DNA of 64,000 nucleotides, from assembly GCA_903905735.1 (NCBI GenBank), contig CAIVHU010000057.1, forward strand, positions 14,002 to 78,001. The letters run 5' to 3'. Source of the DNA: an uncultured beta proteobacterium (GTDB lineage: Bacteria > Pseudomonadota > Gammaproteobacteria > Burkholderiales > Burkholderiaceae_C). The translations under genes and the position numbers were made by a program. Shown here piece after piece: positions 32,779 through 40,581 of the stretch. Within the stretch, counting starts at the first letter, position 1. Every line of letters begins with the position of its first letter. The notes under the pieces were generated by a model. That model saw nothing but the letters and a program-made list of their open reading frames with translations. It did not search any database and was not told the DNA's origin.

Positions 32779-34803
32779 ATGAATTTTTTTGACCCTGCAT
32801 CCACATGGATCCATATGGATTGGGTGCTGGCGGTTGTGGTGGCGTGGCTACTGATTGGTCTGGCGGGCATTGTGGCGCTGCGCCGCTTCCGCTTCGTGGC
32901 CACGATTCTGTTTCCGCTGGGTGCGGTGTTTTCGATCCTGCTGATGGCGGTGGCCTTGAGTGCCGCATTTTCCAGCTCGGAGGTCGTGGTGCTGCCATTG
33001 GGCCTGCCGCAACTGCCTTTCCATCTGCGGCTTGACAGTCTATCGGCCTTTTTCCTTTTGCTGATTGGTGGCGCGTCTGCCGGGGTATCGACCTTTGCCG
33101 CAGGCTACTTCCGTCAGGGCGAGGGCACTCCACCTGGTTTGTTATGCCTCGAATACCACGTGTTTCTGGCCAGCATGGCGATGGTGGTGCTGGCCGACGA
33201 TGCCTATGTGTTCATGGTGATGTGGGAGACCATGGCGTTTTCGTCGTTCTTTCTGGTCTTGTCGAACCACCGCATCCCGGAGATTCGCAACGCCGGTTAC
33301 CTGTACATGCTGGTCGCGCACGTGGGGGCCTTGGGCATCCTGCTGAGTTTTGGCGTGCTGCAGGCTAATACCGGTGACTACACCTTTGCCAACATGCGCG
33401 CGCAACATCTGGATCCGTTCTGGGCCTCGGTGGCCTTTGTGCTGGCGGTGTTCGGGTTTGGGGCCAAGGCGGGCCTGTTGCCGCTGCACGCCTGGCTGCC
33501 GGAGGCGCATCCGGCAGCGCCTTCACCGGTATCGGCGCTGATGAGCGGCGTCATGCTCAAGATTGCGCTGTACGGCATCTTGCGGGTGGGGTTCGATTTG
33601 CTGCAAACGCGCATCTGGTGGTGGGGTGTGCTGCTCTTGGGCCTGGGCTTGACCACCGCCTTGTTTGGTGTGGTTTTTTCCACGGTGCAGGTGGAGATGA
33701 AGCGCCTGTTGGCGTATTCCAGCATTGAAAACATAGGTCTGATGTGCGCCGGGGTGGGCTTGTCGCTGCTGTTTTCGAGCTATGGCATGCAGGCGCTGTC
33801 GGCCCTGGCGCTCACTGCGGCGCTGTACCACATGCTCAGCCACTCTTTTTTCAAGAGCCTGCTGTTTTGCAGCACCGGCGCGGTGTTGCACGCCACGGGT
33901 GAGCGCAGTCTGGGCAAGCTTGGCGGCTTAATCCGCTACATGCCCTGGGTCGCGTGGCCGACCTTGGTGGGCGTGCTGGCCTGCGCTGGCTTGCCGCCAT
34001 TTGGCGGCTTTGTGGCGGAATGGTTGCTGTTGCAAAGTTTTCTGTTCACCACCGGGCTGCCCAGCTCGTTTCTGGACATGCTGGTGCCGGTGATGGCGGC
34101 CCTGATTGCCCTGATCGCGGCGCTGTCAGGCTTCACCATGGTCAAGTACTTTGGCGTGGTGTTTTTGGGTCAGCCGCGTGAAGAAAAATTGGCCAAAGCC
34201 CATGATGCCGGACGTTGGGAGCGTCTGGGCATGCTGTGGCTGGTGGTGGGCTGCATCTTGCTGGGTCTGTTCCCCAACCAGGTGATTGCGCTGATGGACC
34301 CGGTGACACGGCGGCTGGTGGGTGCCGGTCTGGCGCAGATGGTAGCCAACAACAGCTGGCTGCTGGTGCCGGTGAACGTGGAGCGCGCCAGCTACGCGCC
34401 CACCATCTTCCTGCTGGGTGTGGTGCTGAGTTTTGGCCTGGCGTTTGTGCTGGTGCGCAGGCTCTACCACGGCCGCCTGCGCCGGGTGCCGCCCTGGGAC
34501 TGCGGCCATCCCTGGCAAACCGCGCGCATGCAGGACACGGCCGAGGGCTTTGGCCAGCCGATCCGGCAGATTTTTGACCCGTTTTTCCGGGTCAGCAGAC
34601 AGTTGCCGAGCGCGTTTGACGAGCATCCAACTTACAAGGTCAAGCTGGAAGACCCGCTGTGGCACTGGCTGTATTTGCCCGTGGCGCGGCTGGTGGAGCA
34701 AGTGTCCAGAATCGTCGGACTGTTGCAGCAGGGCCGCATTGCGGTGTACCTGATGTACAGTTTTGTCACCCTGATCGTGGTGTTGCTGGTGGTGAAGCGA
34801 TGA
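32779..34803 (+). CDS. Hydrogenase-4 subunit B-like / NuoL-type antiporter-like membrane subunit (Ehr-type complex)
   Basis: 674 aa polytopic protein with NuoL/HyfB signatures (WLPEAHPAAPSPVSALMSG, KRLLAYSSIENIG). First gene of a six-gene cluster. Alternative start at 32815. Confidence 0.85.
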   Translation: MNFFDPASTWIHMDWVLAVVVAWLLIGLAGIVALRRFRFVATILFPLGAVFSILLMAVALSAAFSSSEVVVLPLGLPQLPFHLRLDSLSAFFLLLIGGASAGVSTFAAGYFRQGEGTPPGLLCLEYHVFLASMAMVVLADDAYVFMVMWETMAFSSFFLVLSNHRIPEIRNAGYLYMLVAHVGALGILLSFGVLQANTGDYTFANMRAQHLDPFWASVAFVLAVFGFGAKAGLLPLHAWLPEAHPAAPSPVSALMSGVMLKIALYGILRVGFDLLQTRIWWWGVLLLGLGLTTALFGVVFSTVQVEMKRLLAYSSIENIGLMCAGVGLSLLFSSYGMQALSALALTAALYHMLSHSFFKSLLFCSTGAVLHATGERSLGKLGGLIRYMPWVAWPTLVGVLACAGLPPFGGFVAEWLLLQSFLFTTGLPSSFLDMLVPVMAALIALIAALSGFTMVKYFGVVFLGQPREEKLAKAHDAGRWERLGMLWLVVGCILLGLFPNQVIALMDPVTRRLVGAGLAQMVANNSWLLVPVNVERASYAPTIFLLGVVLSFGLAFVLVRRLYHGRLRRVPPWDCGHPWQTARMQDTAEGFGQPIRQIFDPFFRVSRQLPSAFDEHPTYKVKLEDPLWHWLYLPVARLVEQVSRIVGLLQQGRIAVYLMYSFVTLIVVLLVVKR

Positions 34804-35750
34804 GTGTGCTGGGTGCTTTCTCGCAACTGCTGGCTTTGCTGACAGCGCTGGTGCTGGCGCCGTTGCTGACCGGCTGGGTCAGCATGTGGCGGCACTGGCT
34901 GCAAAACAAGTCGGCACCAAGCCTGCTGCAGCCCTACATGACGCTGCACAAGCTGTTCAACAAAGAGTTGCTGATGGCCGAGCATGCCTCGTCGCTGTAC
35001 CGCTTTTCGCCGTATGTGGTGTTTGGCTGCATGCTGCTGGCCAGCGCCATCATCCCGACGCTGTCCACCGATTTGCCATTGTCACCGGCGGCCGACGCGA
35101 TTGCGCTGGTGGGGCTGTTTGCGCTGGCGCGGGTTTTCCTATCGCTGGCCGCCATGGATGTGGGCACCGCTTTTGGTTCCATGGGCGCGCGGCGCGAAAT
35201 GCTGGTGGGCTTTCTGGCCGAGCCGGCCTTGCTGATGGTGCTGTTTTGCGCCTCGATGATCACCGGCTCCACGTCGCTCACCACCATTGTGGAAACCCTC
35301 GCGCACCGCGACCTGGCCATTTACCCGAGCATGCTGCTGGCTGGTGTGGCCTTCACCATGGTGTCTCTGGCGGAAAACGCCCGCGTGCCGGTCGATAACC
35401 CCGATACGCACCTGGAACTCACCATGATTCACGAGGCGATGATCCTGGAATACTCAGCGCGCCACCTGGCCCTGATGGAGTGGGCGGCCAGCCTGAAACT
35501 CTTTGCCTATTCGTGCGTCGGGCTGGCACTGTTTTTCCCCTGGGGTGTGGCTGAGGCCGATGCGCCGCTGGCCTTGCTGTTCGCGCTGCCAGTGCTGGTG
35601 TTCAAGCTGGCGGTGGGGGGCATCATGCTGGCCATGATCGAAACCGTCAGCGCCAAGATGCGGATTTTCCGAGTGCCAGAATTCTTGGGAACGGCTTTCC
35701 TGCTGGGGGTGATCGGCTTGCTGGTCAATGTGTTGCTGGGAGGCAAATGA
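34800..35750 (+). CDS. HyfC/HycD-like (NuoH-type) membrane subunit
   Basis: ATG at 34800 overlaps the upstream TGA (ATGA). Polytopic, with FDIAEAE-type region PVDNPDTHLELTMIHEAMILEYS. Confidence 0.85.
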   Translation: MSVLGAFSQLLALLTALVLAPLLTGWVSMWRHWLQNKSAPSLLQPYMTLHKLFNKELLMAEHASSLYRFSPYVVFGCMLLASAIIPTLSTDLPLSPAADAIALVGLFALARVFLSLAAMDVGTAFGSMGARREMLVGFLAEPALLMVLFCASMITGSTSLTTIVETLAHRDLAIYPSMLLAGVAFTMVSLAENARVPVDNPDTHLELTMIHEAMILEYSARHLALMEWAASLKLFAYSCVGLALFFPWGVAEADAPLALLFALPVLVFKLAVGGIMLAMIETVSAKMRIFRVPEFLGTAFLLGVIGLLVNVLLGGK

Positions 35751-36406
35751 TCAAGTTTGTGCCCCAGTTGATCAACCTGTTTGCCACGCTGATTCTGCTG
35801 CTGTCGTTTGCCATGATTTCGCAGCGGCGCATTGTGTCGCTGATCAACCTGTTCATGATCCAGGGCGCGGCGCTGGTGGCGGCTTCGTTTTTGCTGGCTT
35901 ACGTGACGAATCAGCCTGATTTGTACATCTCGGGCGTTTTGACCCTGGTGCTCAAGGTCATCTTCATCCCCTGGATGTTGCACCGTGTCATCCGCAAGCT
36001 CAACGTGCGCTGGGACGTGGAGACGCTCATCAACATCCCCACCACCATGCTGGTGGGCATTGGGCTGGTGATTTTTGCCTTCAGCCTGGCGCTGCCGATC
36101 TCTCGACTGTCGGACTCGATCGCCGGTGGCGCGCTGGGCATTGCGCTGGCCTGCGTGATGCTGTCGTTCATGATGATGATCACCCGCTCCAAGGCCATCC
36201 CCCAGGTGATTGGCTTTTTGTCGATGGAAAACGGCCTGCTGTTTGCTGCCACCACCGTGACCAGTGGCATGCCAATGATTGTGGAGTTTGGCATTGCGCT
36301 GGACGTGCTGGTGGGCGTGCTGATTCTGGGTGTGTTCATGTTCCAGATTCGCGAGAAGTTTGACAGCCTGGACATTCGACACCTTGAATCGCTCAAGGAA
36401 GAATGA
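35747..36406 (+). CDS. HyfE-like small membrane subunit
   Basis: 219 aa, about 7 TM helices, same size and position as E. coli HyfE. 4-nt overlaps on both sides. Confidence 0.75.
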   Translation: MIKFVPQLINLFATLILLLSFAMISQRRIVSLINLFMIQGAALVAASFLLAYVTNQPDLYISGVLTLVLKVIFIPWMLHRVIRKLNVRWDVETLINIPTTMLVGIGLVIFAFSLALPISRLSDSIAGGALGIALACVMLSFMMMITRSKAIPQVIGFLSMENGLLFAATTVTSGMPMIVEFGIALDVLVGVLILGVFMFQIREKFDSLDIRHLESLKEE

Positions 36407-37863
36407 GCATGAGCGCGCTGTATTTTGTTCTCGGTATTCCGCTTCTGGGTGGGCTGACGCTGGCAGCGGTGGGGCACCGGGCCTATGCGCGCAATGTCAA
36501 CGTGGTGTTCAGCCTGATGACTTTTCTGGCTGCTTGTGTCATGACCATTCGGGTCATTCAGGACGGGCCGCAGTTTGTCTGGGACAAGCAGTTTTTCATT
36601 GACCCGCTCAACGTGTTTCTGGTCACGCTCACCGCCTTTGTCAGCCTGACCACCGCCATTTTTTCGCGCCCCTACATGCGCGTGGAGCAGGACCACGGGA
36701 AGATGACGCCGCCGCGCATGCGCCTGTACCACAGCATGTACCAGTTGTTCAGCTTCACCATGCTGCTGGGTTTCACCACCAACAACTTAGGCATCATCTG
36801 GGTGGCGATGGAAGCGGCCACGCTGACCACCGTGCTGCTGGTCAGCGTCTATCGCACCCCGGCCAGCCTGGAGGCGGCGTGGAAGTACTTCATCCTGTGC
36901 GGCGTGGGCATTGCGCAGGCGCTGTTTGGCACGATTCTGGTCTATATGGCGGCCGACAAGGTGCTGGGTTCTGAACACGCTACGCTGCTGTGGAGCAGCC
37001 TCTCAGACATCAAGGGCCAGCTGGACCCGACCATCATGTCGTTGGCGTTTGTGTTCCTGCTGATTGGCTACGGCACCAAGATTGGCCTGGTGCCGCTGCA
37101 CAGCTGGTTGCCTGATGCGCACGCCGAAGGCCCGACACCGGTGTCTGCCGTGCTCTCGGGGCTGCTTTTGAATGTGGCGATGTACGCGGTGCTGCGCTGC
37201 AAGGTGCTTACCGATGGCGCGCTGGGCACGCAGATGGCCGGGCAACTGATGATGGGGTTTGGCTTGCTGTCGGTGACCGTGGCGGCGTTTTTCATCTCGC
37301 GGCAAAAAGATGTCAAACGCATGTTTTCGTACTCCAGTATCGAGCACATGGGGCTGATCACTTTTGCCTTTGGCATGGGCGGGCCGATTGCCAACTTTGC
37401 CGCGCTGCTGCACATGACGGTGCATTCGTTGGTGAAATCCGCCATCTTCTTCACCGTGGGCCACGCCACGCAAAAGGCTGGCACGCAGGTCATGAGCGAG
37501 ATTCGCGGCCTGATCAAAGTCAACCCCACCGTCGGTTGGGGTCTGATGCTGGGCACCATGGCGATTCTGGGCATGCCGCCGTTTGGTGTGTTTGCCAGCG
37601 AGTTTCTGATTCTGACCACCGCCATGCGCGATCAGGCCTGGGCCACGCCGTTCCTGTTTCTGGCGCTGGGCGTGGCCTTTGCCTCGATGCTGGTGCGCGT
37701 GTTGCCGATGGTGTTTGGTGACTCCACGCTCAAACCCCTGGCGCACCCGCCCGCTTTGGTGCCGGTGTTTGTGCACCTGTCGCTCGGTCTGGTGCTGGGC
37801 CTGTACATCCCGCCGTATCTGAACGGCTGGTACGTGGCGGCGGCCCGCATGTTGGGAGGCTGA
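36403..37863 (+). CDS. HyfF-like (NuoN/NuoM-type) antiporter-like subunit
   Basis: 486 aa with WLPDAHAEGPTPVSAVLSG and KRMFSYSSIEHMG motifs. Confidence 0.85.
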   Translation: MSMSALYFVLGIPLLGGLTLAAVGHRAYARNVNVVFSLMTFLAACVMTIRVIQDGPQFVWDKQFFIDPLNVFLVTLTAFVSLTTAIFSRPYMRVEQDHGKMTPPRMRLYHSMYQLFSFTMLLGFTTNNLGIIWVAMEAATLTTVLLVSVYRTPASLEAAWKYFILCGVGIAQALFGTILVYMAADKVLGSEHATLLWSSLSDIKGQLDPTIMSLAFVFLLIGYGTKIGLVPLHSWLPDAHAEGPTPVSAVLSGLLLNVAMYAVLRCKVLTDGALGTQMAGQLMMGFGLLSVTVAAFFISRQKDVKRMFSYSSIEHMGLITFAFGMGGPIANFAALLHMTVHSLVKSAIFFTVGHATQKAGTQVMSEIRGLIKVNPTVGWGLMLGTMAILGMPPFGVFASEFLILTTAMRDQAWATPFLFLALGVAFASMLVRVLPMVFGDSTLKPLAHPPALVPVFVHLSLGLVLGLYIPPYLNGWYVAAARMLGG

Positions 37864-37868
37864 CGCTG

Positions 37869-39455
37869 ATGAAGATTCCCGGTCTGGACATTGAATTCAC
37901 CACCTTGCCCGCACCCGTGCCGGTGGGGTACGGGCAGGTGAACGCCGAACAGTGGCAAACCGCTGCCACCGCCGTGCGTGATGCCGGTGGGCGGCTGGTG
38001 GCGCTGTGGGCCGGAAAAGCTATTGAAGATGTAGCTGTCAGCGCAGGTGGCATAAGGGCTGAGGCCATATTTGTTGCTTATGTCACCTTGGAAGGTCTGT
38101 TCTGGCTGGCGTTGCCACTGGGCAGCGGCCATGGGCGTGCGGGCTATCCCGATGTGTCTGTCGTATTTCCCTGCGCCAACCGCATGCAGCGCGCTGCCGC
38201 CGATCTGTCTGGCGTGCACGCCGAGGGTGCACACGACACCCGTCCCTGGTACAACCACGGTGCCTGGGCGGCGAATCATCACCCGCTGCTGCAAGACCCG
38301 CAAGCCCTACCCAAGCCGGAGCCCGGCGCGCTGCAAGACTACCCGTTTGTGCGGGTGGAAGGTGACGGCGTGCATGAGATTGCTGTCGGCCCGGTGCATG
38401 CCGGCATCATCGAACCAGGGCACTTCCGCTTCTCCATCGTGGGCGAAAAAATCCTGCGGCTGGAACAGCGCCTGGGCTACACCCACAAAGGCGTCGAGCA
38501 ACGCATGACGCAGATGCCGGCGCTGGAAGCGCATTGTCTGGCCGGGCGCGTGTCGGGTGACTCCACTGTGGCCTACACCTGGGCTTACTGCATGGCGCTG
38601 GAGTCGGCTTGCACCACCCGCATTCCGTCGCGTGCGGCGTGGCTGCGCGCGCTGATGCTCGAATGCGAGCGGGTTGCCAACCATTTGAACGATCTGGGTG
38701 CGCTGGGCAATGACGTGGCGTTTGCCTTTGCGCTGGCGCAGTTTTCACGCCTGCGCGAAGACTGGTTGCGCGCCTGCAAAGCGGCGTTTGGTCACCGGCT
38801 GATGATGGACGGTATCGTGCCTGGCGGTGTCAATGCCGACATTCCTGCGGCCGGGCGAGACCAACTTCAGGCACTTTGCCATGAGTTGGTGCCCACTGTG
38901 CACAAGCTGTTTGACGTGTTTGAGTCCCACGCTGGGTTGCAGGACCGCTTCATGGTCACCGGCCGGGTGCGGCCCGCACTGGCGGCGCAACTGGGCATGA
39001 CGGGCCTGGCCGGGCGCGCCAGTGCCCAGAGCTGGGACCTGCGCTGCGACCACCCGTTCGAGCCCTACGACAAATTGCGCGTGGTCATGGCCAGCCATGC
39101 GCGTGGCGATGTGGGCGCGCGAGCCTCGGTGCGTTTTCAGGAGGTGTTTGAGTCGATTCGCCTGATTGAGCGCCTGCTGCGCGAGATGCCGGAGGGCGAG
39201 ATTCGCACCGACGTGACTTTGCCAGCCCAGTCCAGCCGGGGTGCAGGCTGGGTGGAAGGCTGGCGTGGTGAGATTCTGGTGGCGCTGGAACTGGCCGGGC
39301 CGGATCAGGGCCACCGCATCGAGCGCTGCCACCTGCATGACCCGTCGTGGCAAAACTGGCCGGTGCTTGAGCATTCGGTCATGAAAGACATCGTGGCCGA
39401 TTTCCCGCTCATCAACAAGTCGTTCAACCTGAGTTATTCGGGGCAAGACCTATGA
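37869..39455 (+). CDS. Fused NuoC-NuoD / HyfG-HycE-like 'large subunit' lacking the Ni-Fe cysteine ligands
   Basis: GPVHAGIIEPGHFRFSIVGEKILRLEQRLGYTHKGVE is typical of group-4 large subunits. However, the N-terminal CxxC position reads RVSGDS (38541-38576) and the C-terminal DPCxxCxxR position reads FNLSYSGQDL (39411-39452). Confidence 0.85.
   Translation: MKIPGLDIEFTTLPAPVPVGYGQVNAEQWQTAATAVRDAGGRLVALWAGKAIEDVAVSAGGIRAEAIFVAYVTLEGLFWLALPLGSGHGRAGYPDVSVVFPCANRMQRAAADLSGVHAEGAHDTRPWYNHGAWAANHHPLLQDPQALPKPEPGALQDYPFVRVEGDGVHEIAVGPVHAGIIEPGHFRFSIVGEKILRLEQRLGYTHKGVEQRMTQMPALEAHCLAGRVSGDSTVAYTWAYCMALESACTTRIPSRAAWLRALMLECERVANHLNDLGALGNDVAFAFALAQFSRLREDWLRACKAAFGHRLMMDGIVPGGVNADIPAAGRDQLQALCHELVPTVHKLFDVFESHAGLQDRFMVTGRVRPALAAQLGMTGLAGRASAQSWDLRCDHPFEPYDKLRVVMASHARGDVGARASVRFQEVFESIRLIERLLREMPEGEIRTDVTLPAQSSRGAGWVEGWRGEILVALELAGPDQGHRIERCHLHDPSWQNWPVLEHSVMKDIVADFPLINKSFNLSYSGQDL
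38018..38066 (+). repeat. Intragenic in-frame copy of the short AT-rich dispersed repeat (inside the HyfG-like gene)
   Basis: agctattgaagatgtagctgtcagcgcaggtggcataagggctgaggcc. 13/13 (tagctgtcagcgc) and 9/9 (ataagggct) identities to the reference copy. Translated as AIEDVAVSAGGIRAEA. Confidence 0.75.
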
Positions 39456-39465
39456 GGACTGCGCC

Positions 39466-39993
39466 ATGATCTGGAAAGTGGTCCGACAAATCGCCAAGGT
39501 GGGCATCCCCACCGAACCTGCGCCAGATATTGGTGAAGAAAAGCAGGCTGAGGCCTCACACATTCAGGCTGAGCTGCTCTCTATTTTGGGGCAATCCCTG
39601 TGCATCCGCGAGGTGGATGCGGGCTCGTGCAACGGCTGCGAGATGGAGATCAACGCTCTGGGCAACCCCTACTACAACATCGAGGGTTTGGGCATCAAGT
39701 TTGTCGCCAGCCCGCGCCATGCAGACATGCTGCTGGTCACCGGCCCGGTCTCGCGCAACATGGAAATGGCCTTGAAGCGCACCTATGACGCCACGCCTGA
39801 ACCCAAACTGGTGGTGGCGGTGGGTGATTGCGCCTGTGACGGCGGCATCTTTGGCGAAAGCTACGCCACCTGTGGCCGGGTGGACAAAGTCATCCCGGTC
39901 GATGTGACGGTGCCAGGCTGCCCGCCCGAGCCGGTGGAGATATTGCGGGGGATTTTGCAGGCGGTGCGCAGGCGGGTTCAGGCGCGCGGTTGA
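39466..39993 (+). CDS. NuoB / HyfI-HycG-like small subunit retaining the [4Fe-4S] cysteines
   Basis: GSCNGCEMEI, ASPRHADMLLVTGP, GDCACDGGIF, and GCPPEP together supply the four canonical cluster cysteines. Confidence 0.85.
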   Translation: MIWKVVRQIAKVGIPTEPAPDIGEEKQAEASHIQAELLSILGQSLCIREVDAGSCNGCEMEINALGNPYYNIEGLGIKFVASPRHADMLLVTGPVSRNMEMALKRTYDATPEPKLVVAVGDCACDGGIFGESYATCGRVDKVIPVDVTVPGCPPEPVEILRGILQAVRRRVQARG

Positions 39994-40017
39994 CCTGCCG
40001 GTTGCGGGTGTCAACTT

Positions 40018-40118
40018 ATTCCATTTCCAAATCATTTGTGTCTAGGCGCGAAGCCGCAGACATTACAGACGTAAGGCAAGGCGAAGCAACAACGACACGG
40101 ATGATTTGGGAATGGAAT
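40018..40118 (+). other. Long imperfect hairpin (25-bp stem, 51-nt loop) downstream of the Ehr-like operon; possible terminator or structured RNA
   Basis: Left arm attccatttccaaatcatttgtgtc (40018-40042) pairs with right arm gacacggatgatttgggaatggaat (40094-40118). The three non-Watson-Crick positions are U-G on the + strand. The loop holds two GCGAAGC motifs, and a U-rich tract follows. Confidence 0.55.
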
Positions 40119-40148
40119 TACATTCTTTTAACGTGAGGGAGACCTGAT

Positions 40149-40493
40149 GTGCTGAAAAACAGTTTGCGCGACGAGCTTCTTGAATTCCGCCGGGTGCGGG
40201 ACTGGGAGCAATTCCACAACCCGCGCAATCTGGCAACGGCGCTATCGGTGGAAGCGGCTGAATTGCTGGAGCCGTTTCGTTGGGCCTCGGAAGATCAGGC
40301 GCGTGACATCGTCCGGGAACGGCGCGCCGAGATCGCTGACGAGATGGCCGACATCGCCATCCTGCTGACCTATCTGGCCCATGATCTTGCTATAGATATG
40401 GATGCAGCCGTTGCTTTAAAAATAAGGGCCAACGCCGAAAAATACCCTGTTGACAAAGCGCGTGGATCGAACAAGAAGTATTCAGAGTTTTAG
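40149..40493 (+). CDS. MazG-like nucleotide pyrophosphohydrolase (small all-alpha NTP-PPase)
   Basis: FRRVRDWEQFHNPRNLA.ALSVEAAELLE.FRW and EMADIAILL motifs. GTG start preceded by gaggga. Confidence 0.75.
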   Translation: MLKNSLRDELLEFRRVRDWEQFHNPRNLATALSVEAAELLEPFRWASEDQARDIVRERRAEIADEMADIAILLTYLAHDLAIDMDAAVALKIRANAEKYPVDKARGSNKKYSEF

Positions 40494-40517
40494 CTCTGCG
40501 TACCCCGCTCCGGGCTT

Positions 40518-40543
40518 GGGCAGCGCTGATATCAGCGCTGCCC
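40518..40543. terminator. 26-bp perfect palindrome between convergent mazG-like and metG genes (likely bidirectional terminator hairpin)
   Basis: gggcagcgctgat|atcagcgctgccc, read directly from the sequence. Lies between the two stop codons (40493 and 40582). Confidence 0.5.
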
Positions 40544-40581
40544 CGGCTCAGGCAATGCATCTGATGCTGCGACGGGGGTGC

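Noticed and set aside
32809-32820. 12-bp palindrome atccatatggat near the start of the first Ehr-like gene as a regulator binding site
   Set aside because: It is short, lies within or at the very start of the coding sequence depending on start choice, and matches no consensus I can name (for example, it is not an FNR TTGAT-n4-ATCAA box). The evidence is insufficient.
32779-39993. Annotating the cluster as a functional formate hydrogenlyase or hydrogenase-4
   Set aside because: The large subunit lacks all four Ni-Fe cysteine ligands. No formate dehydrogenase, HycB/HycF-type ferredoxins, hyp genes or maturation protease accompany it in the window.
40387-40436. Possible further intragenic copy of the AT-rich repeat inside the mazG-like gene (ttgctatagatatggatgcagccgttgctttaaaaataagggccaacgcc)
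   Set aside because: Only about 15/26 identities in the core. The encoded peptide (LAIDMDAAVALKIRANAEKYP) corresponds to the conserved C-terminal helix of MazG-like proteins, so it is probably not an insertion. The whole gene is somewhat AT-richer.
40149-40493. MazG-like pyrophosphohydrolase as part of a phage-defence or toxin-antitoxin module
   Set aside because: It is a single gene between the Ehr-like operon terminator hairpin and the convergent metG. No partner gene is present.
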